A stretch of DNA of 64,000 bases from an uncultured Gammaproteobacteria bacterium (GTDB lineage: Bacteria; Pseudomonadota; Gammaproteobacteria; UBA9214): contig CAVVHS010000009.1 in the NCBI GenBank assembly GCA_963748215.1, forward strand, positions 320,001 through 384,000, given 5' to 3'. This document shows, one piece after another, positions 9,611 to 19,856 of the stretch. Each line of letters begins with the position of its first letter. Positions within the stretch are counted from its first letter, which is position 1. The notes under the pieces are model-generated. The model saw only the letters and a list, made by a program, of their open reading frames with translations, did no database searches and was not told the DNA's origin. Position numbers and translations under genes: made by a program.

Positions 9611-12600
9611 ATGAAGACAGTCAGCTGCGCGCTATGGTTTATATTGATCCTTGCCCCGTTCCTGCCGGTAACCCCGGCCTGGCCGGCTGATACAACATCC
9701 GCCATTGTTACCGCCGACAAGCTGAATGCCAGGCTCAAGGAAGTCGAGGCGGCAACGTCCCTGGATGAGGCGAGCAGGGACACTCTGACTGGATTACTCA
9801 ACAATGCACTGGGCAACCTGGAGACGATCCGTGCCAACAAGGCCACCACGGAGACCTATATCCAGGCTGTGAAAACTGCACGGCAACAGGCCAGTGAGAT
9901 CCGTGCGCGGCTGGACAAGGACATCCAGGCCGATCGAGAGGTGACGGTCACTGCCACGGAAGCCTCTCCTTTCGAGGAGATTGAGCAGGAACTGTTGCAG
10001 GAAAAGGCCAATCTTGCGGCCGTGCAGGCCAAGCTTTCTGACCTTGAGTCGCAGCTGGAAGCGTCTAAAGCCCGGCCGTCAATTGCACAGCAACAGCTGC
10101 TTGCTGCGGAGCGGGAAATAGAAGAGATTGAATCAACACGCAAGTCGCCGGTGGCCGAGGATGAACTGCCCTGGGCAACGGAGGCACGTCAGTGGGCGCA
10201 GACCACCCGGGTCGCTGCACTGCGCAGCAAGAATGTCATGCTTGACCAGGAGCTGCTGAGCATGCCGATGCGGATCGCGTTGCTCGAGGCGCAGCGCGAC
10301 CGGAGCCGCTACACGGTTGAGCGGGTTGCCGTCAGGGTCAAACGGCTGGCTGCATTGGCAAGTCGCCAGTTGGGAACGGAGGCGGAGCAGGCAGGGGCCG
10401 CAGCCAGGCAGGCAGTCCTGGATGCCGCCGGAAAACATCCGCTGGTTCAGGATCTGGCTGAACAGAACGCTGCCCTGTCCGATGAAATCAGTACCCTGGC
10501 GACGGAACTCAAGCAACACGGTTCCAGTAACGAGACACTCACGGAGGAGTCGGAACGTATCGAGGAAAACTTCCGCACTGCCAGGGAAAAGCTCGAGGTG
10601 GCAGGGTTGACCGACGTGCTGGGCCAGGTACTGCGGCAGCAACAGCGGGCATTACCGGACCAGCGCATGCTCGAAAAGAGAATCAGGGAACTCGAACAGG
10701 ATAATGCCCGGTCCACACTGCGCCAGATCCAGTACGCTGCCGAATACAAGGGCCTGCGCAGCATCAAGGACTATGTCAGGGAGCGTACTGCCGGACTCGA
10801 GGCGGCCGAGGCTGAACAGGCGGGTGCGGATATGACGGAACTCGCCAGCGCCCGGCGCGTGTTGCTCGAAAACGCGATCAGCCTCGGCAAGTCCACTTCG
10901 AGGACACTGACGGAGCTTGAAACGGGTAACCGCCGCCTGCTCGAGACGACGGCGGATTTCGACAACCTGCTTGCAGAAAAACTGCTCTGGATCCGCAGTA
11001 ACCCGCGGCCGGACCTGGCGACCCTGCAGGCCATTCCCGTGCAGGTTGTCGGGCTGGTGTCCCCGGCAAGCTGGCTTGGCGTCTACAGAACACTCGCTGA
11101 CCGTGTGGTGCGCTCGCCAGTGTTCGTGCTGTTGCTTGGCCTGGTCGGGATCCTGCTCTTCAGGGTGCGCCGGTTACTGGCGTTGCTCAGGGAGACGGGC
11201 AATACGATCGGCAAACCGTCGCGGGATAAATTCTCGTTCACGTTCAAGGCACTCGGCCTGACCCTGTTGCTGGCAGTGCCCTTGCCATTACTGCTGGCTG
11301 TAACAGGCTGGGAACTCGGATCGGTAGCGGAGGCGACGCAATTTTCCAGGGCGGTTTCTGAGGCACTGTTTCAGGTTGCACCCACATTCCTGTACCTGCA
11401 GTTTTTCAGAATGTTGTGTGTCCATGGTGGTGTTGCCGAACGGCATTTTCGCTGGCCTGAATCGATGACTAAACAACTGCGGCGTGGATTCAGATGGTTG
11501 ATGGCAGTTCTTCTGCCGGCCATTTTTATTCTCGTGCTGCTCTTAAATGATAAAGAGCAGCAAGTTTTTCATGCCGGGCTGGAGCGCCTCGTCATGGCCG
11601 TGGCGCTGGTTGCGTTGGCGGTATTTTTCTACCGCTTGACCGGGTTGCTGGTCGAACACTCAATCGGACCCGTGATGCGCCTGCGCTACCTGTGGGTGAC
11701 GCTGACCGTGGGCACCCCCCTGGTGCTGGCTGGACTGGCGCTCGATGGGTTTCTGTATACGGCCGGCACGCTGGGGCGCAGCCTGGTAGAAACCCTGTGG
11801 TTTGTCTTCGGTCTGGTTGTGCTGCACCAGGTGGTGGTGCGCTGGCTGTTGCTGGCACAGCGGCGGCTGGCTCTGCAGGCCAGACACAAGCGCATGCGTG
11901 CCGCGCAGGATGAGAAAGCGCCGGTCGACTCCGGGATGGAGGGTATGCCGGCCATGGCAGATGAACCGGAAATCGACCTGGTCGTGATGAGCGAGGAAAG
12001 CCGCAAGCTGCTCAATATGCTGCTGGTGATTATCGGTGTTGTCGGTTTCTGGCAGATCTGGTCCGAAGTCCTGCCGGCATTCAGGGTGCTTGACGAGATT
12101 GTGCTCTGGCACCACACGGTGGTGGTCGCCGGTGAGGAGACCTTTGCCCCGGTGTCGCTGGCAGATTTCGGGTTGGCCCTCCTGATTGCCATCGTGACCT
12201 ACGTCGCGATGAAACGCCTGCCGGCAGTGCTGGAAATCGTGCTGTTGCAGCGCGTCAACATGACTTCGGGTGCGCGCTACACCGTCACCACGCTCTACAC
12301 TTATTTAATCGTGGGCATTGGCCTGCTGGCCTTTTTCAATGTCATTGGTGCCGACTGGTCGAAGCTGCAGTGGCTGTTCGCGGCCCTGGGCGTGGGCATC
12401 GGTTTCGGCCTGCAGGAAATCGTGGCCAATTTCATCAGCGGCCTGATTATCCTGTTCGAACGCCCCATCAGGATCGGGGATGTGGTCACCGTCGGTGATA
12501 CCAACGGCGTGGTCACCCGTATCCAGATCCGTGCGACCACGATACGCACCTGGGACCGGCAGGAACTGCTGGTGCCCAACAAGGAATTCATTACCGGGCG

Positions 12601-12982
12601 ACTGCTCAACTGGTCGCTGTCGGACCAGACGACCCGCATCAAGGTTGCTGTGGGTGTGGCATATGGCAGTGATGTGTCACGGGCCATGGCGTTGATGTAC
12701 GAGGCCGCGCTGGAAAATGAACACGTGCTTGCCGAGCCTGCACCGTCAATCATATTCGTGGCCTTCGGCGACAACTCGCTCAACCTGGTATTGCGCTGCT
12801 TCGTCGGTACGCAGGATATCCGCATGACCGCGCTCACGCAGCTGCACGAGGCGATCAACAGGAAGTTCAACGACGCCGGAATCTGTATCGCGTTTCCACA
12901 GCGCGATGTGCACCTGGATGCCTCGCAGCCGCTGGAGGTGCGTATCCGCCATGATGATGCTGCGGGAGAGGCCGCTTCCTGA
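9611..12982 (+). CDS. Large mechanosensitive channel, MscK/KefA-like (MscS family)
   Basis: 1123 aa; signal peptide, periplasmic coiled coil, many TMs, ALGVGIGFGLQEIVANFISGLIILFERPIRIGD, PFPQRD-like end. Confidence 0.92.
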   Translation: MKTVSCALWFILILAPFLPVTPAWPADTTSAIVTADKLNARLKEVEAATSLDEASRDTLTGLLNNALGNLETIRANKATTETYIQAVKTARQQASEIRARLDKDIQADREVTVTATEASPFEEIEQELLQEKANLAAVQAKLSDLESQLEASKARPSIAQQQLLAAEREIEEIESTRKSPVAEDELPWATEARQWAQTTRVAALRSKNVMLDQELLSMPMRIALLEAQRDRSRYTVERVAVRVKRLAALASRQLGTEAEQAGAAARQAVLDAAGKHPLVQDLAEQNAALSDEISTLATELKQHGSSNETLTEESERIEENFRTAREKLEVAGLTDVLGQVLRQQQRALPDQRMLEKRIRELEQDNARSTLRQIQYAAEYKGLRSIKDYVRERTAGLEAAEAEQAGADMTELASARRVLLENAISLGKSTSRTLTELETGNRRLLETTADFDNLLAEKLLWIRSNPRPDLATLQAIPVQVVGLVSPASWLGVYRTLADRVVRSPVFVLLLGLVGILLFRVRRLLALLRETGNTIGKPSRDKFSFTFKALGLTLLLAVPLPLLLAVTGWELGSVAEATQFSRAVSEALFQVAPTFLYLQFFRMLCVHGGVAERHFRWPESMTKQLRRGFRWLMAVLLPAIFILVLLLNDKEQQVFHAGLERLVMAVALVALAVFFYRLTGLLVEHSIGPVMRLRYLWVTLTVGTPLVLAGLALDGFLYTAGTLGRSLVETLWFVFGLVVLHQVVVRWLLLAQRRLALQARHKRMRAAQDEKAPVDSGMEGMPAMADEPEIDLVVMSEESRKLLNMLLVIIGVVGFWQIWSEVLPAFRVLDEIVLWHHTVVVAGEETFAPVSLADFGLALLIAIVTYVAMKRLPAVLEIVLLQRVNMTSGARYTVTTLYTYLIVGIGLLAFFNVIGADWSKLQWLFAALGVGIGFGLQEIVANFISGLIILFERPIRIGDVVTVGDTNGVVTRIQIRATTIRTWDRQELLVPNKEFITGRLLNWSLSDQTTRIKVAVGVAYGSDVSRAMALMYEAALENEHVLAEPAPSIIFVAFGDNSLNLVLRCFVGTQDIRMTALTQLHEAINRKFNDAGICIAFPQRDVHLDASQPLEVRIRHDDAAGEAAS

Positions 12983-13051
12983 CGCATCGTTCGTCGCAGT
13001 GAAAAATGAATTCATCCCGCCTTCGCGACACGGTCAGGATGTCCGGTACTC

Positions 13052-13184
13052 AGGGAACCTCTGATCTGTCGTCATTCCGGCCGGAGCGCAGCGGAGTACC
13101 GGAAACCGGTTCATATAATTAATCCGGTTACTGGATCCCGGCCTTCGCCGGGATGACGGGATAATAATGATTCAGAGCTTCTCT
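13052..13184. repeat. MITE/REP-like nested palindrome
   Basis: Outer AGGGAACCTCTGA / TCAGAGCTTCTCT (11/13) enclosing GTCATTCCGG (13071)...CTGGATCCCGGCCTTCGCCGGGATGAC (ends 13157). Confidence 0.6.
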
Positions 13185-13307
13185 CGCTAAATCGGGGCTA
13201 CGCGGATGCCGGTTAGCCGATCTTCCCGATGCTGGCCTGCGCGATCTGATATTGGCGTTAAATGGCCAGATAAGCTCCCGCGAACAGCCTAAAGACTAGG
13301 AAGAATA

Positions 13308-14133
13308 GGGGACAGACCACGTTTTTCAATCTGATTTGGCGGGTCTTCCCGGGTTTCTACGTGTAACACGTCGTTGCAGCATGTGGGAGATCTCAGACTT
13401 AAAGCGTTCATTACCCAGAGCATAGTTACCATGCGAAGCAGTCCGGATCTCGGCAAGCAGATCGGGGTCTATAGCTGTGTGAAACAGGCCACGGTAATTG
13501 GCAAGACGCGTTTCTTCACTCCCTCCGAGTGCCAGGTATTCTGCGTGTGGCGTCAGGCCGTCGTGCTGTGCGCCTTGACCGTTAATCCTGTAACTTGACC
13601 ACTGATATTCTGCCGGGTGCTCTACCATGACTGCGCGAACCGGGTTCAATTCGATATATCGGTAACAGGCAAGTACATAGTGACTTTCCTGAACCAGACA
13701 GGAGCGAAAACGGCCTTCCCAAAGCGTTCCGCTGCGCTGGTAGCGACGGTTACTGTATTGGACGTAACGCTGACCAAGCTGTTTCATGAGCAGAGCGGCG
13801 CTATCACGCGCTGCTGGGGTAAGGAGCAGGTGTACATGATTCGTCATCAGGCACCAGGCATGTACACTGCAACGATATCTAGCGCCCTGCTCAGCCAGGG
13901 TATCAAGGTAATACTGGTAATCGCAGTTGTCGTAGAAGCAGGGGCTGCGATTATTGCCGCGCTGGATGATATGCCAGGGAATGCCAGGAATGACCAGGCG
14001 GGCACGGCGTGGCATAAGAATAACCTTGTTCAATTTAGAGTAAGAGTTGAATGGTGAATGCATGAATACGGCGGTTATGTAGTGAATGTGCGTGAAGGTG
14101 CGTCAGTAATTGACGAAAACGTGGTCTGTCCCC
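13308..14133 (-). mobile_element. RAYT/Y1 transposase element with perfect 18-bp inverted ends
   Basis: GGGGACAGACCACGTTTT (13308-13325) and AAAACGTGGTCTGTCCCC (14116-14133) bracket the transposase; the left repeat abuts its stop codon. Confidence 0.8.
13326..14015 (-). CDS. REP-associated tyrosine transposase (Y1_Tnp, HUH)
   Basis: MPRRAR...HIIQRGNNR, WCLMTNHVHLL (HUH), GTLWEGRF, YIELNPVRA, YQWSSY; start at MPRR preferred over 14063. Confidence 0.9.
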   Translation of the reverse strand: MPRRARLVIPGIPWHIIQRGNNRSPCFYDNCDYQYYLDTLAEQGARYRCSVHAWCLMTNHVHLLLTPAARDSAALLMKQLGQRYVQYSNRRYQRSGTLWEGRFRSCLVQESHYVLACYRYIELNPVRAVMVEHPAEYQWSSYRINGQGAQHDGLTPHAEYLALGGSEETRLANYRGLFHTAIDPDLLAEIRTASHGNYALGNERFKSEISHMLQRRVTRRNPGRPAKSD

Positions 14134-14220
14134 CCCCCTTTTTCTTTTTTCAGAGACCAGTTGTTAGAGATCTAAACAGGTGCTATTGTTAGACCAGTTA
14201 ATGGCCCATTTGGAACTGGT

Positions 14221-14490
14221 ATGAGCACGAAATTTTCAGAGGATGTCATTCCTCTTACCGACCTGAAAACCAACCCCGGTCGTGTGGTGAAACATGTCTC
14301 GGATGCGCATCGGCCGGTACTTGTTACCAGCCGTGGTCGCGGTGTTGCCGTGGTCCAGTCCGTGGCCGATTATGAACAAACACAGGAGGACTGCGCCTTC
14401 ATGCGCGCGGTTGTGGAGGGCCTGGCGGATCTGGAGGCAGGACGGGAAGTTTCACTTGTGGAAGCCAGGAAGCGGCTGGGACTGAAATAG
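14221..14490 (+). CDS. Phd/YefM-family antitoxin
   Basis: 89 aa, IPLTDLK.NPGRVV...RPVLVTSRGRGVAVV. Confidence 0.88.
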   Translation: MSTKFSEDVIPLTDLKTNPGRVVKHVSDAHRPVLVTSRGRGVAVVQSVADYEQTQEDCAFMRAVVEGLADLEAGREVSLVEARKRLGLK

Positions 14491-14494
14491 ATCA

Positions 14495-14812
14495 ATGCCG
14501 CGGATTGTTATCAGCTTCTCGGAGTCGGCATTGCGCGATCTCGAGGAGATAAAGGCATGGTATGTGGAGCAGGGCGTGTCCGATATCGGTGAACGGTTGG
14601 TAGCTGAGGTCTTTCAACGGGTCGAGACGCTTGCCGAACATACCGACATAGGCCGGACAGTCCCCGAATTTGAGCAATCATTCCTCCGGGAGTTGATTCA
14701 TCCGCCATTTCGACTTGTCTACCGTCACGATACGAAGCGTGTGAGGGTTGTGCGTATCTGGCGCAGTGAACGGCTGCTGCGTCTCGATCCGGATTCGAAG
14801 ACTTCAGGGTAA
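14495..14812 (+). CDS. RelE/ParE-family toxin
   Basis: 105 aa, FSESALRDLEEI, GRTVPEF...LRELIHPPFRLVY; follows the antitoxin. Confidence 0.88.
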   Translation: MPRIVISFSESALRDLEEIKAWYVEQGVSDIGERLVAEVFQRVETLAEHTDIGRTVPEFEQSFLRELIHPPFRLVYRHDTKRVRVVRIWRSERLLRLDPDSKTSG

Positions 14813-14977
14813 ATCGTCGGGTCTTTATGACGCACTGGCACAGAACGCGTGTGTGTGAAGAATTGTTGCTCGTGCGGCTATGAGCAGTTTGAATTGTATT
14901 GGCTCTCTAGTAACCCGGGGTGGTTCATACAGTGCATTGTTGCTCTGGTCTTGGGCCAGATATAGGCAAACGACCCT

Positions 14978-15393
14978 GTGGGGATTTTGCGGGGATCAGT
15001 TTTGCATTGTTATGCATCGTGGTGCACAGTGTGCAACGGGCGCCACGGTAAGCTGTTGAGATTAAAAGCGTAAAAATGCTTTTTCTGTCCTTTTAATTCG
15101 ATGGTCGTTGGTTCGAGCCGTGGACGACGCAGTCGGCCGAGACAACAGCGTCTCATAGGCGACGCTGACCCCGAAGGGGCGAGGGCGCAGCCCGAGTAAT
15201 CCAACACGACCCACCATTAAAACAGTCACTTCCCTCTGATTTTTCATCCCGGTAAAAATGGATTGTGGGGATTTTGCGGGGATTAACTGCAATTTTTTCT
15301 CGTTGGGTCAATTTCGCCTGTAACCAATTCAATTGGTTGCGTATCAGTAGTCGACTCGAACAGCTATTTTCTGGACCAAAAATCCGATGCTCG
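14978..15393 (+). repeat. att-like repeat copy 2
   Basis: Same layout as copy 1: tRNA-Lys fragment 15090-15116, insert 15117-15198, ATCCAACACGACCCACCA 15199-15216, arm repeats on both sides. Confidence 0.9.
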
Positions 15394-15999
15394 ATCGCAT
15401 GCAGATAATCTGAAGTGGTTGCAAAACAGCAGTTATGATTCTTTAGGTACATCCGTGACAAGCTTGGTAGGGATCAAGATCTGCGGAATTGGTTTTAAAA
15501 GATTCAACACTCAATGATTAATCTCCAACCATGTGGGCGTGAAATATTGAGGCAGCATTGAATACCGATATACGGTGATTACAAATAGACTTTTGTTGCC
15601 ACATAAATAGCAGCATACAGGATGCAGTACTTGATGGCGCATATCTGTCTTATGCCGACATCCTCGTTAGGATAATGGTAAACAGGGACAGTATTCATAA
15701 GAATCAAAGGGATTCAATTATTGCGGACGATAGCTGCTTCAGGAGCAGGCTGTCGGCGACAATGGTCTTCGCGCCACAAGGCCCCAGGAGCTTGGCAATT
15801 ATGCTCAGTAGATGGCAAGGAGTATCAGCAGATCATTCATGGCGCAGCAGGGTAGGGAGTCTAGCCATCAGGGGCAAGTCTGTCCAAGTCGTCGATTTCA
15901 GCTGAAAATTATTAATTCAGCAGGGACAGGCGCATACACTGGCGCCGTTGTTGCCGCGTTGTCTTGACGGATCGACGCGATAGAATTGATCGAAAACTG

Positions 16000-16332
16000 T
16001 CAATCCAGGCCGAAGAAGTCTCGGAAGAAACTGAACCGTTCGGATTTCTTCTTCAATAGAAGATCCTCCAGTTCTCCTCGGTCGAAGTAGAGCCCTTCAC
16101 AGAAAGTACAATGATCGATCTCGATGTCGTGCAGTTTCTTGGGTTGCATGTCATGGCCGCATTTGGGACATTTCATCCAGTGCGTCTGTCGAAGATTTTC
16201 AAGAGTTACCTGGTCTCCCTGTTTATTAAGCAGCTCAATGCGATGCTCGCGATTATGCCGCGCACTTTCGATTAAAACCTTCTCGTTGAGCCGAAACCAG
16301 TCATCTTCACGTTTTCTTGCATCTCTATTCAT
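16000..16332 (-). CDS. zf-TFIIB-type zinc-ribbon protein
   Basis: MKCPKCG...IEIDHCTFCEGLYFDRGEL. Confidence 0.8.
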   Translation of the reverse strand: MNRDARKREDDWFRLNEKVLIESARHNREHRIELLNKQGDQVTLENLRQTHWMKCPKCGHDMQPKKLHDIEIDHCTFCEGLYFDRGELEDLLLKKKSERFSFFRDFFGLD

Positions 16333-16344
16333 ATTCGTTAGTCC

Positions 16345-16554
16345 TCACACTAGAGAGGTCTCAGTAGAAGTGTCGGAGACGTGGCCATAGGGGAGCCGGT
16401 TCGGGATTTCATTGTCCAGCAAGGTCTCGACTACCAGGATACGCCTGGCTCTTTCTTCGAGTTGAAACAGATGATGAATTGCCAGCCTACGTCGGTCAGT
16501 GGAAAATCGCATGCTTGAAAATCGATCTGCATCGTTATCTCCAGTTATTCGCAT
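16345..16554 (-). CDS. Small hypothetical protein
   Basis: 69-aa ORF between a LysR-box promoter and the zinc-ribbon gene; no recognisable motif. Confidence 0.3.
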   Translation of the reverse strand: MRITGDNDADRFSSMRFSTDRRRLAIHHLFQLEERARRILVVETLLDNEIPNRLPYGHVSDTSTETSLV

Positions 16555-16600
16555 GGGTACTTGTTAAAATCCAGGGTAGGCCGGTTTTAAATAAAGTAAA

Positions 16601-16731
16601 AGTCGATAATAGTAATTATATTATTCGTAAATAACGAAGCATTGGAAATCCGATGGTTAACTACAAGGTCATTTCATCATCGATAGCAGATATTACGTAA
16701 AAAACGAGTATTGCAGTTTAAATATTCGACT
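16601..16731. promoter_or_regulatory. Two divergent LysR(NhaR)-type boxes plus a 5-codon nhaR stub
   Basis: TTCG-N7-CGAA 16624-16638 with AGTCGAT 16601-16607; TACG-N7-CGAG 16694-16708 with ATTCGACT 16724-16731; ATGGTTAACTACAAG 16653-16667 is identical to the nhaR start. Confidence 0.65.
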
Positions 16732-16803
16732 AATTGAAACCTGCGTTCTCTGTTAGTTTGTGGCTGAAACATATATTAATGGCTGTGAAGCAAGGAGTAC
16801 GAT

Positions 16804-17745
16804 ATGCAAAGGTTCAAGAACATTCTGTTGGTATTGAATCCTGAGATAGATGAAAAGACGGCTCTGAACAAGGCTGTCTCGCTGGCCAGGCAGAATGATG
16901 CGCGGTTGACGCTCTTCTCGGTTGTGTATGAGCATCCCGATCTTGAGAGCTATCCGGACTCGGTCGGAGAGACTCTACTGGCAGCTTATATTTCTGACCG
17001 GCGGCAATGGTTACAAGACTTTATACCGACCTTGCAGGAACATGGCGTCGATGGTGAGGCCGTTGTGGTGATAGGTATTCACTTTCTGGAGATCATTCGT
17101 CAGGTACTACGCGAACAACACGACCTGGTAATAACAACGGCGGAAGAAAAGAAAGGTATTCGCGCACGTGTATTCGGAACCACCTCCATGCACCTGATGC
17201 GAAAATGCCCCTGTCCCGTGTGGGTGGTCAAGCAGGCGCAGACGCGGCCTTATGCCCGCATCCTGGCGGCGGTCGATCCATCGGTCTATGACCCGAAACG
17301 TGATTCGCTCAATCCACTGATCCTGCAACTGGCCGGCGGTATAGCTCGCAGGGATGCGGGAGAGCTACATATCGTCCATGTGTGGCATTTGTTCGGTGAG
17401 CATTATGTGCGCAACCGCGGCATGACTGAGAAGGACCTTCAGGACGCAAAGGCGCATGAGAAGATGCAGCATAAAGAGCGCCTCGATACCCTGTTGGCCC
17501 GGGTTGATGTCACCGATCTGAAGCCCTACCTGCACCTGATTGAGGGCGATCCCTATGAACGTATACCGGAACTGGTGGCAGCGCAGGGTATCGACCTGCT
17601 GGTCATGGGTACGGTCTGCCGCACGGGAATCGCCGGGTTTCTGATCGGCAACATAGCGGAAGAGGTGCTCAATCAGGTGGACTGCTCTGTGATGACGGTT
17701 AAGCCGGATGGTTTTGTTACACCGGTGACGCTTGAAGATGCATGA
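16804..17745 (+). CDS. Universal stress protein (tandem Usp, UspE-like)
   Basis: FKNILLV, HLMRKCPCPVWVVK, DLLVMGTVCRTGIAGFLIGN.AE.VL. Confidence 0.92.
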   Translation: MQRFKNILLVLNPEIDEKTALNKAVSLARQNDARLTLFSVVYEHPDLESYPDSVGETLLAAYISDRRQWLQDFIPTLQEHGVDGEAVVVIGIHFLEIIRQVLREQHDLVITTAEEKKGIRARVFGTTSMHLMRKCPCPVWVVKQAQTRPYARILAAVDPSVYDPKRDSLNPLILQLAGGIARRDAGELHIVHVWHLFGEHYVRNRGMTEKDLQDAKAHEKMQHKERLDTLLARVDVTDLKPYLHLIEGDPYERIPELVAAQGIDLLVMGTVCRTGIAGFLIGNIAEEVLNQVDCSVMTVKPDGFVTPVTLEDA

Positions 17746-17918
17746 TCCACAAGTTCTGATGGAGAAAGATGAACGATGGAAACAAGCGAACTACTGATAG
17801 AGAAACTGCATATTATTATTTATTGGTCGGTACACGCCCCGACCATGAACTTGGCACTCCATATTGAACCATCCTTGGCCGTTAGTCGGTATCCCAGTCC
17901 TGGGCCCAAACCAGTATC

Positions 17919-18899
17919 TTAGGAAGCGTTGACAAAGAGCCAGCCTTGGTAGGCTGCAAATACCGCTAGCAGCATTGCACCCTCCACGCGGGTGACGCGT
18001 CCTGGCCCCTTGCGGTGGAAATCACCTGCCATGAAAAACAGTGCGACGGTCAGGGCAATCATTAGGGGGAAATCACGTGTCAACACAGCGGTGTCGAAAC
18101 CGCTTGGCCCCACGGTGCCTGCAACGCCCAGCACCGCCAGTAGATTGAACAGATTGGAGCCGACCACGTTGCCTATGACGATGTCGTGCTCGCCCTTCCG
18201 TGCCGCCGCTACCGAGGTGGCCAGTTCGGGCAGGCTGGTGCCTGCGGCGACTATGGTCAGGCCGATCACCAACTCACTGACCCCAAGCCCCTCGGCAATA
18301 CCAACTGCGCCCCAGACCAGCAGGCGCGAGGCGATCAATAGCAGTACCAGGCCGGAGATCAGCAGCCATCCGGTGCGGGCACGGGGCATGGGATCGGGCA
18401 TCTCTGCAGTGAATTCGCATACCATCGGGTCATTCGGTGCCGAGGCACGGGCCAGGTGCACGGTCCACAGCAACAGGGCGCCGAGGCCCGTGATCAGCAG
18501 GAGGCCGTCGAATCGGCTCAGATCCCTATCCCACAACAGGGCCAGTGTCGCCAGGGTCACGGCGATCAACAGCGGAAACTCGCGCCGCAGGGTGCACGAC
18601 TGTACCGTCATCGGGACGATCAAGGCGGCCACCCCTAGTACCAAGCCGATGTTGGCGATGTTGGAACCGATAGCGTTGCCGATGGCGATGCCGCTGTTGC
18701 CTTCCCAGGCCGCCATGGCGGAGACTAGCATTTCCGGGGCCGATGTGCCGAAGGCGACGATGGTGAGTCCAATGACCAGGGGGGATACACCCAGGCGTCG
18801 CGCCAGCCCCGTGGCTCCTGTTACGAAGCGGTCCGCGCTCCAGACAAGTAGAAACAGACCGACGCAGGTGGCGATGATGTAAGGCAACAATTCTGGCAT
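17919..18899 (-). CDS. Ca2+/Na+ antiporter, YrbG/CaCA family
   Basis: Two alpha repeats GLTIVAFGTSAPE / GLTIVAAGTSLPE, GN..GSN. Confidence 0.92.
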   Translation of the reverse strand: MPELLPYIIATCVGLFLLVWSADRFVTGATGLARRLGVSPLVIGLTIVAFGTSAPEMLVSAMAAWEGNSGIAIGNAIGSNIANIGLVLGVAALIVPMTVQSCTLRREFPLLIAVTLATLALLWDRDLSRFDGLLLITGLGALLLWTVHLARASAPNDPMVCEFTAEMPDPMPRARTGWLLISGLVLLLIASRLLVWGAVGIAEGLGVSELVIGLTIVAAGTSLPELATSVAAARKGEHDIVIGNVVGSNLFNLLAVLGVAGTVGPSGFDTAVLTRDFPLMIALTVALFFMAGDFHRKGPGRVTRVEGAMLLAVFAAYQGWLFVNAS

Positions 18900-18929
18900 G
18901 TATATTTCCTGCTTGGGTGCGGCCTCTGT

Positions 18930-19682
18930 TCAACTTGATACATTTTCGTGCTCATTCTGCGGGCGAAGTGAGACCAATATCTCTTCCAGCGTGAACCCGG
19001 TCATGCCATGAATCGTGCGCCATAGGTAATAAAAGATTGCCAGCATCATGAGCATGGAGGGGATAGCGATCACCGGATAGCTGAGCAGGGTCAGCCGCCC
19101 GAGTTCCTCGTTGAATGCGGCGCTACCCGCCGGACTGACAACAATCCACTTGGCGAGGATGTAGTTCATCACAGCCGAAAAGAAAAAGGTGCTACCCATC
19201 AGGTACGTGGCATTCAACAGGCGACCTTCAAAGGCTGCGGTATTTCCCAGATTCTCGAGTCTTTGCCTGATCTTTCCGACATCAATAACTGCAGGGCTAT
19301 AGAGCAGGGTTCTGATCAGCGGATAAGGTGTGCGCGTGGAGACCAGCACCGCTATGCCGATCAGTCCGGGGATGGCGGCTTCCTTGACAGCCAGCCACTG
19401 CGGGTCGAGTTGCAGCAAACCGATGCCGCCGGTAAGCAACACGCTGATTAACCCCAGCAGTGCAATAAAATTGAATTTCCTGTACTTCAGAAGTTCGTAA
19501 AGGCCCCAGCCCAGAGGAAACGCCAGTGCCACGATTAGCGCAGTACTTGATCCAAGGGCATTATCGTCACTGAACTTCGTCAGGATCAAGGAGGGAATAA
19601 CAATGCTGAACAGCAGGTCAACCAGTGGGCGTGGCTTATGGTCAGGCGATGTTTGTTTGAAGGTGGCAGGGGTGTTGGTCAT
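18930..19682 (-). CDS. VC0807-family membrane protein
   Basis: SIVIPSLIL.K.S, LLTGGIGLL.L...WLAVKEAAIP, FNEELGRLTLLSYPVIAIP. Confidence 0.7.
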   Translation of the reverse strand: MTNTPATFKQTSPDHKPRPLVDLLFSIVIPSLILTKFSDDNALGSSTALIVALAFPLGWGLYELLKYRKFNFIALLGLISVLLTGGIGLLQLDPQWLAVKEAAIPGLIGIAVLVSTRTPYPLIRTLLYSPAVIDVGKIRQRLENLGNTAAFEGRLLNATYLMGSTFFFSAVMNYILAKWIVVSPAGSAAFNEELGRLTLLSYPVIAIPSMLMMLAIFYYLWRTIHGMTGFTLEEILVSLRPQNEHENVSS

Positions 19683-19856
19683 ACTGTATCTCTATGTCTG
19701 ATGTGGATTATCACAAGCGTGTTTTCGGTCTTCCAGTATTTATCTATCGGGTAATCTGATCGCAACTCTGGATGGAATGGCTTGTCGGCCAGGCGTTTGC
19801 TCATCACCGGATTCGCTTGAGAAGCCGGACATTGATCGCAAACATGCCCGCACCCC

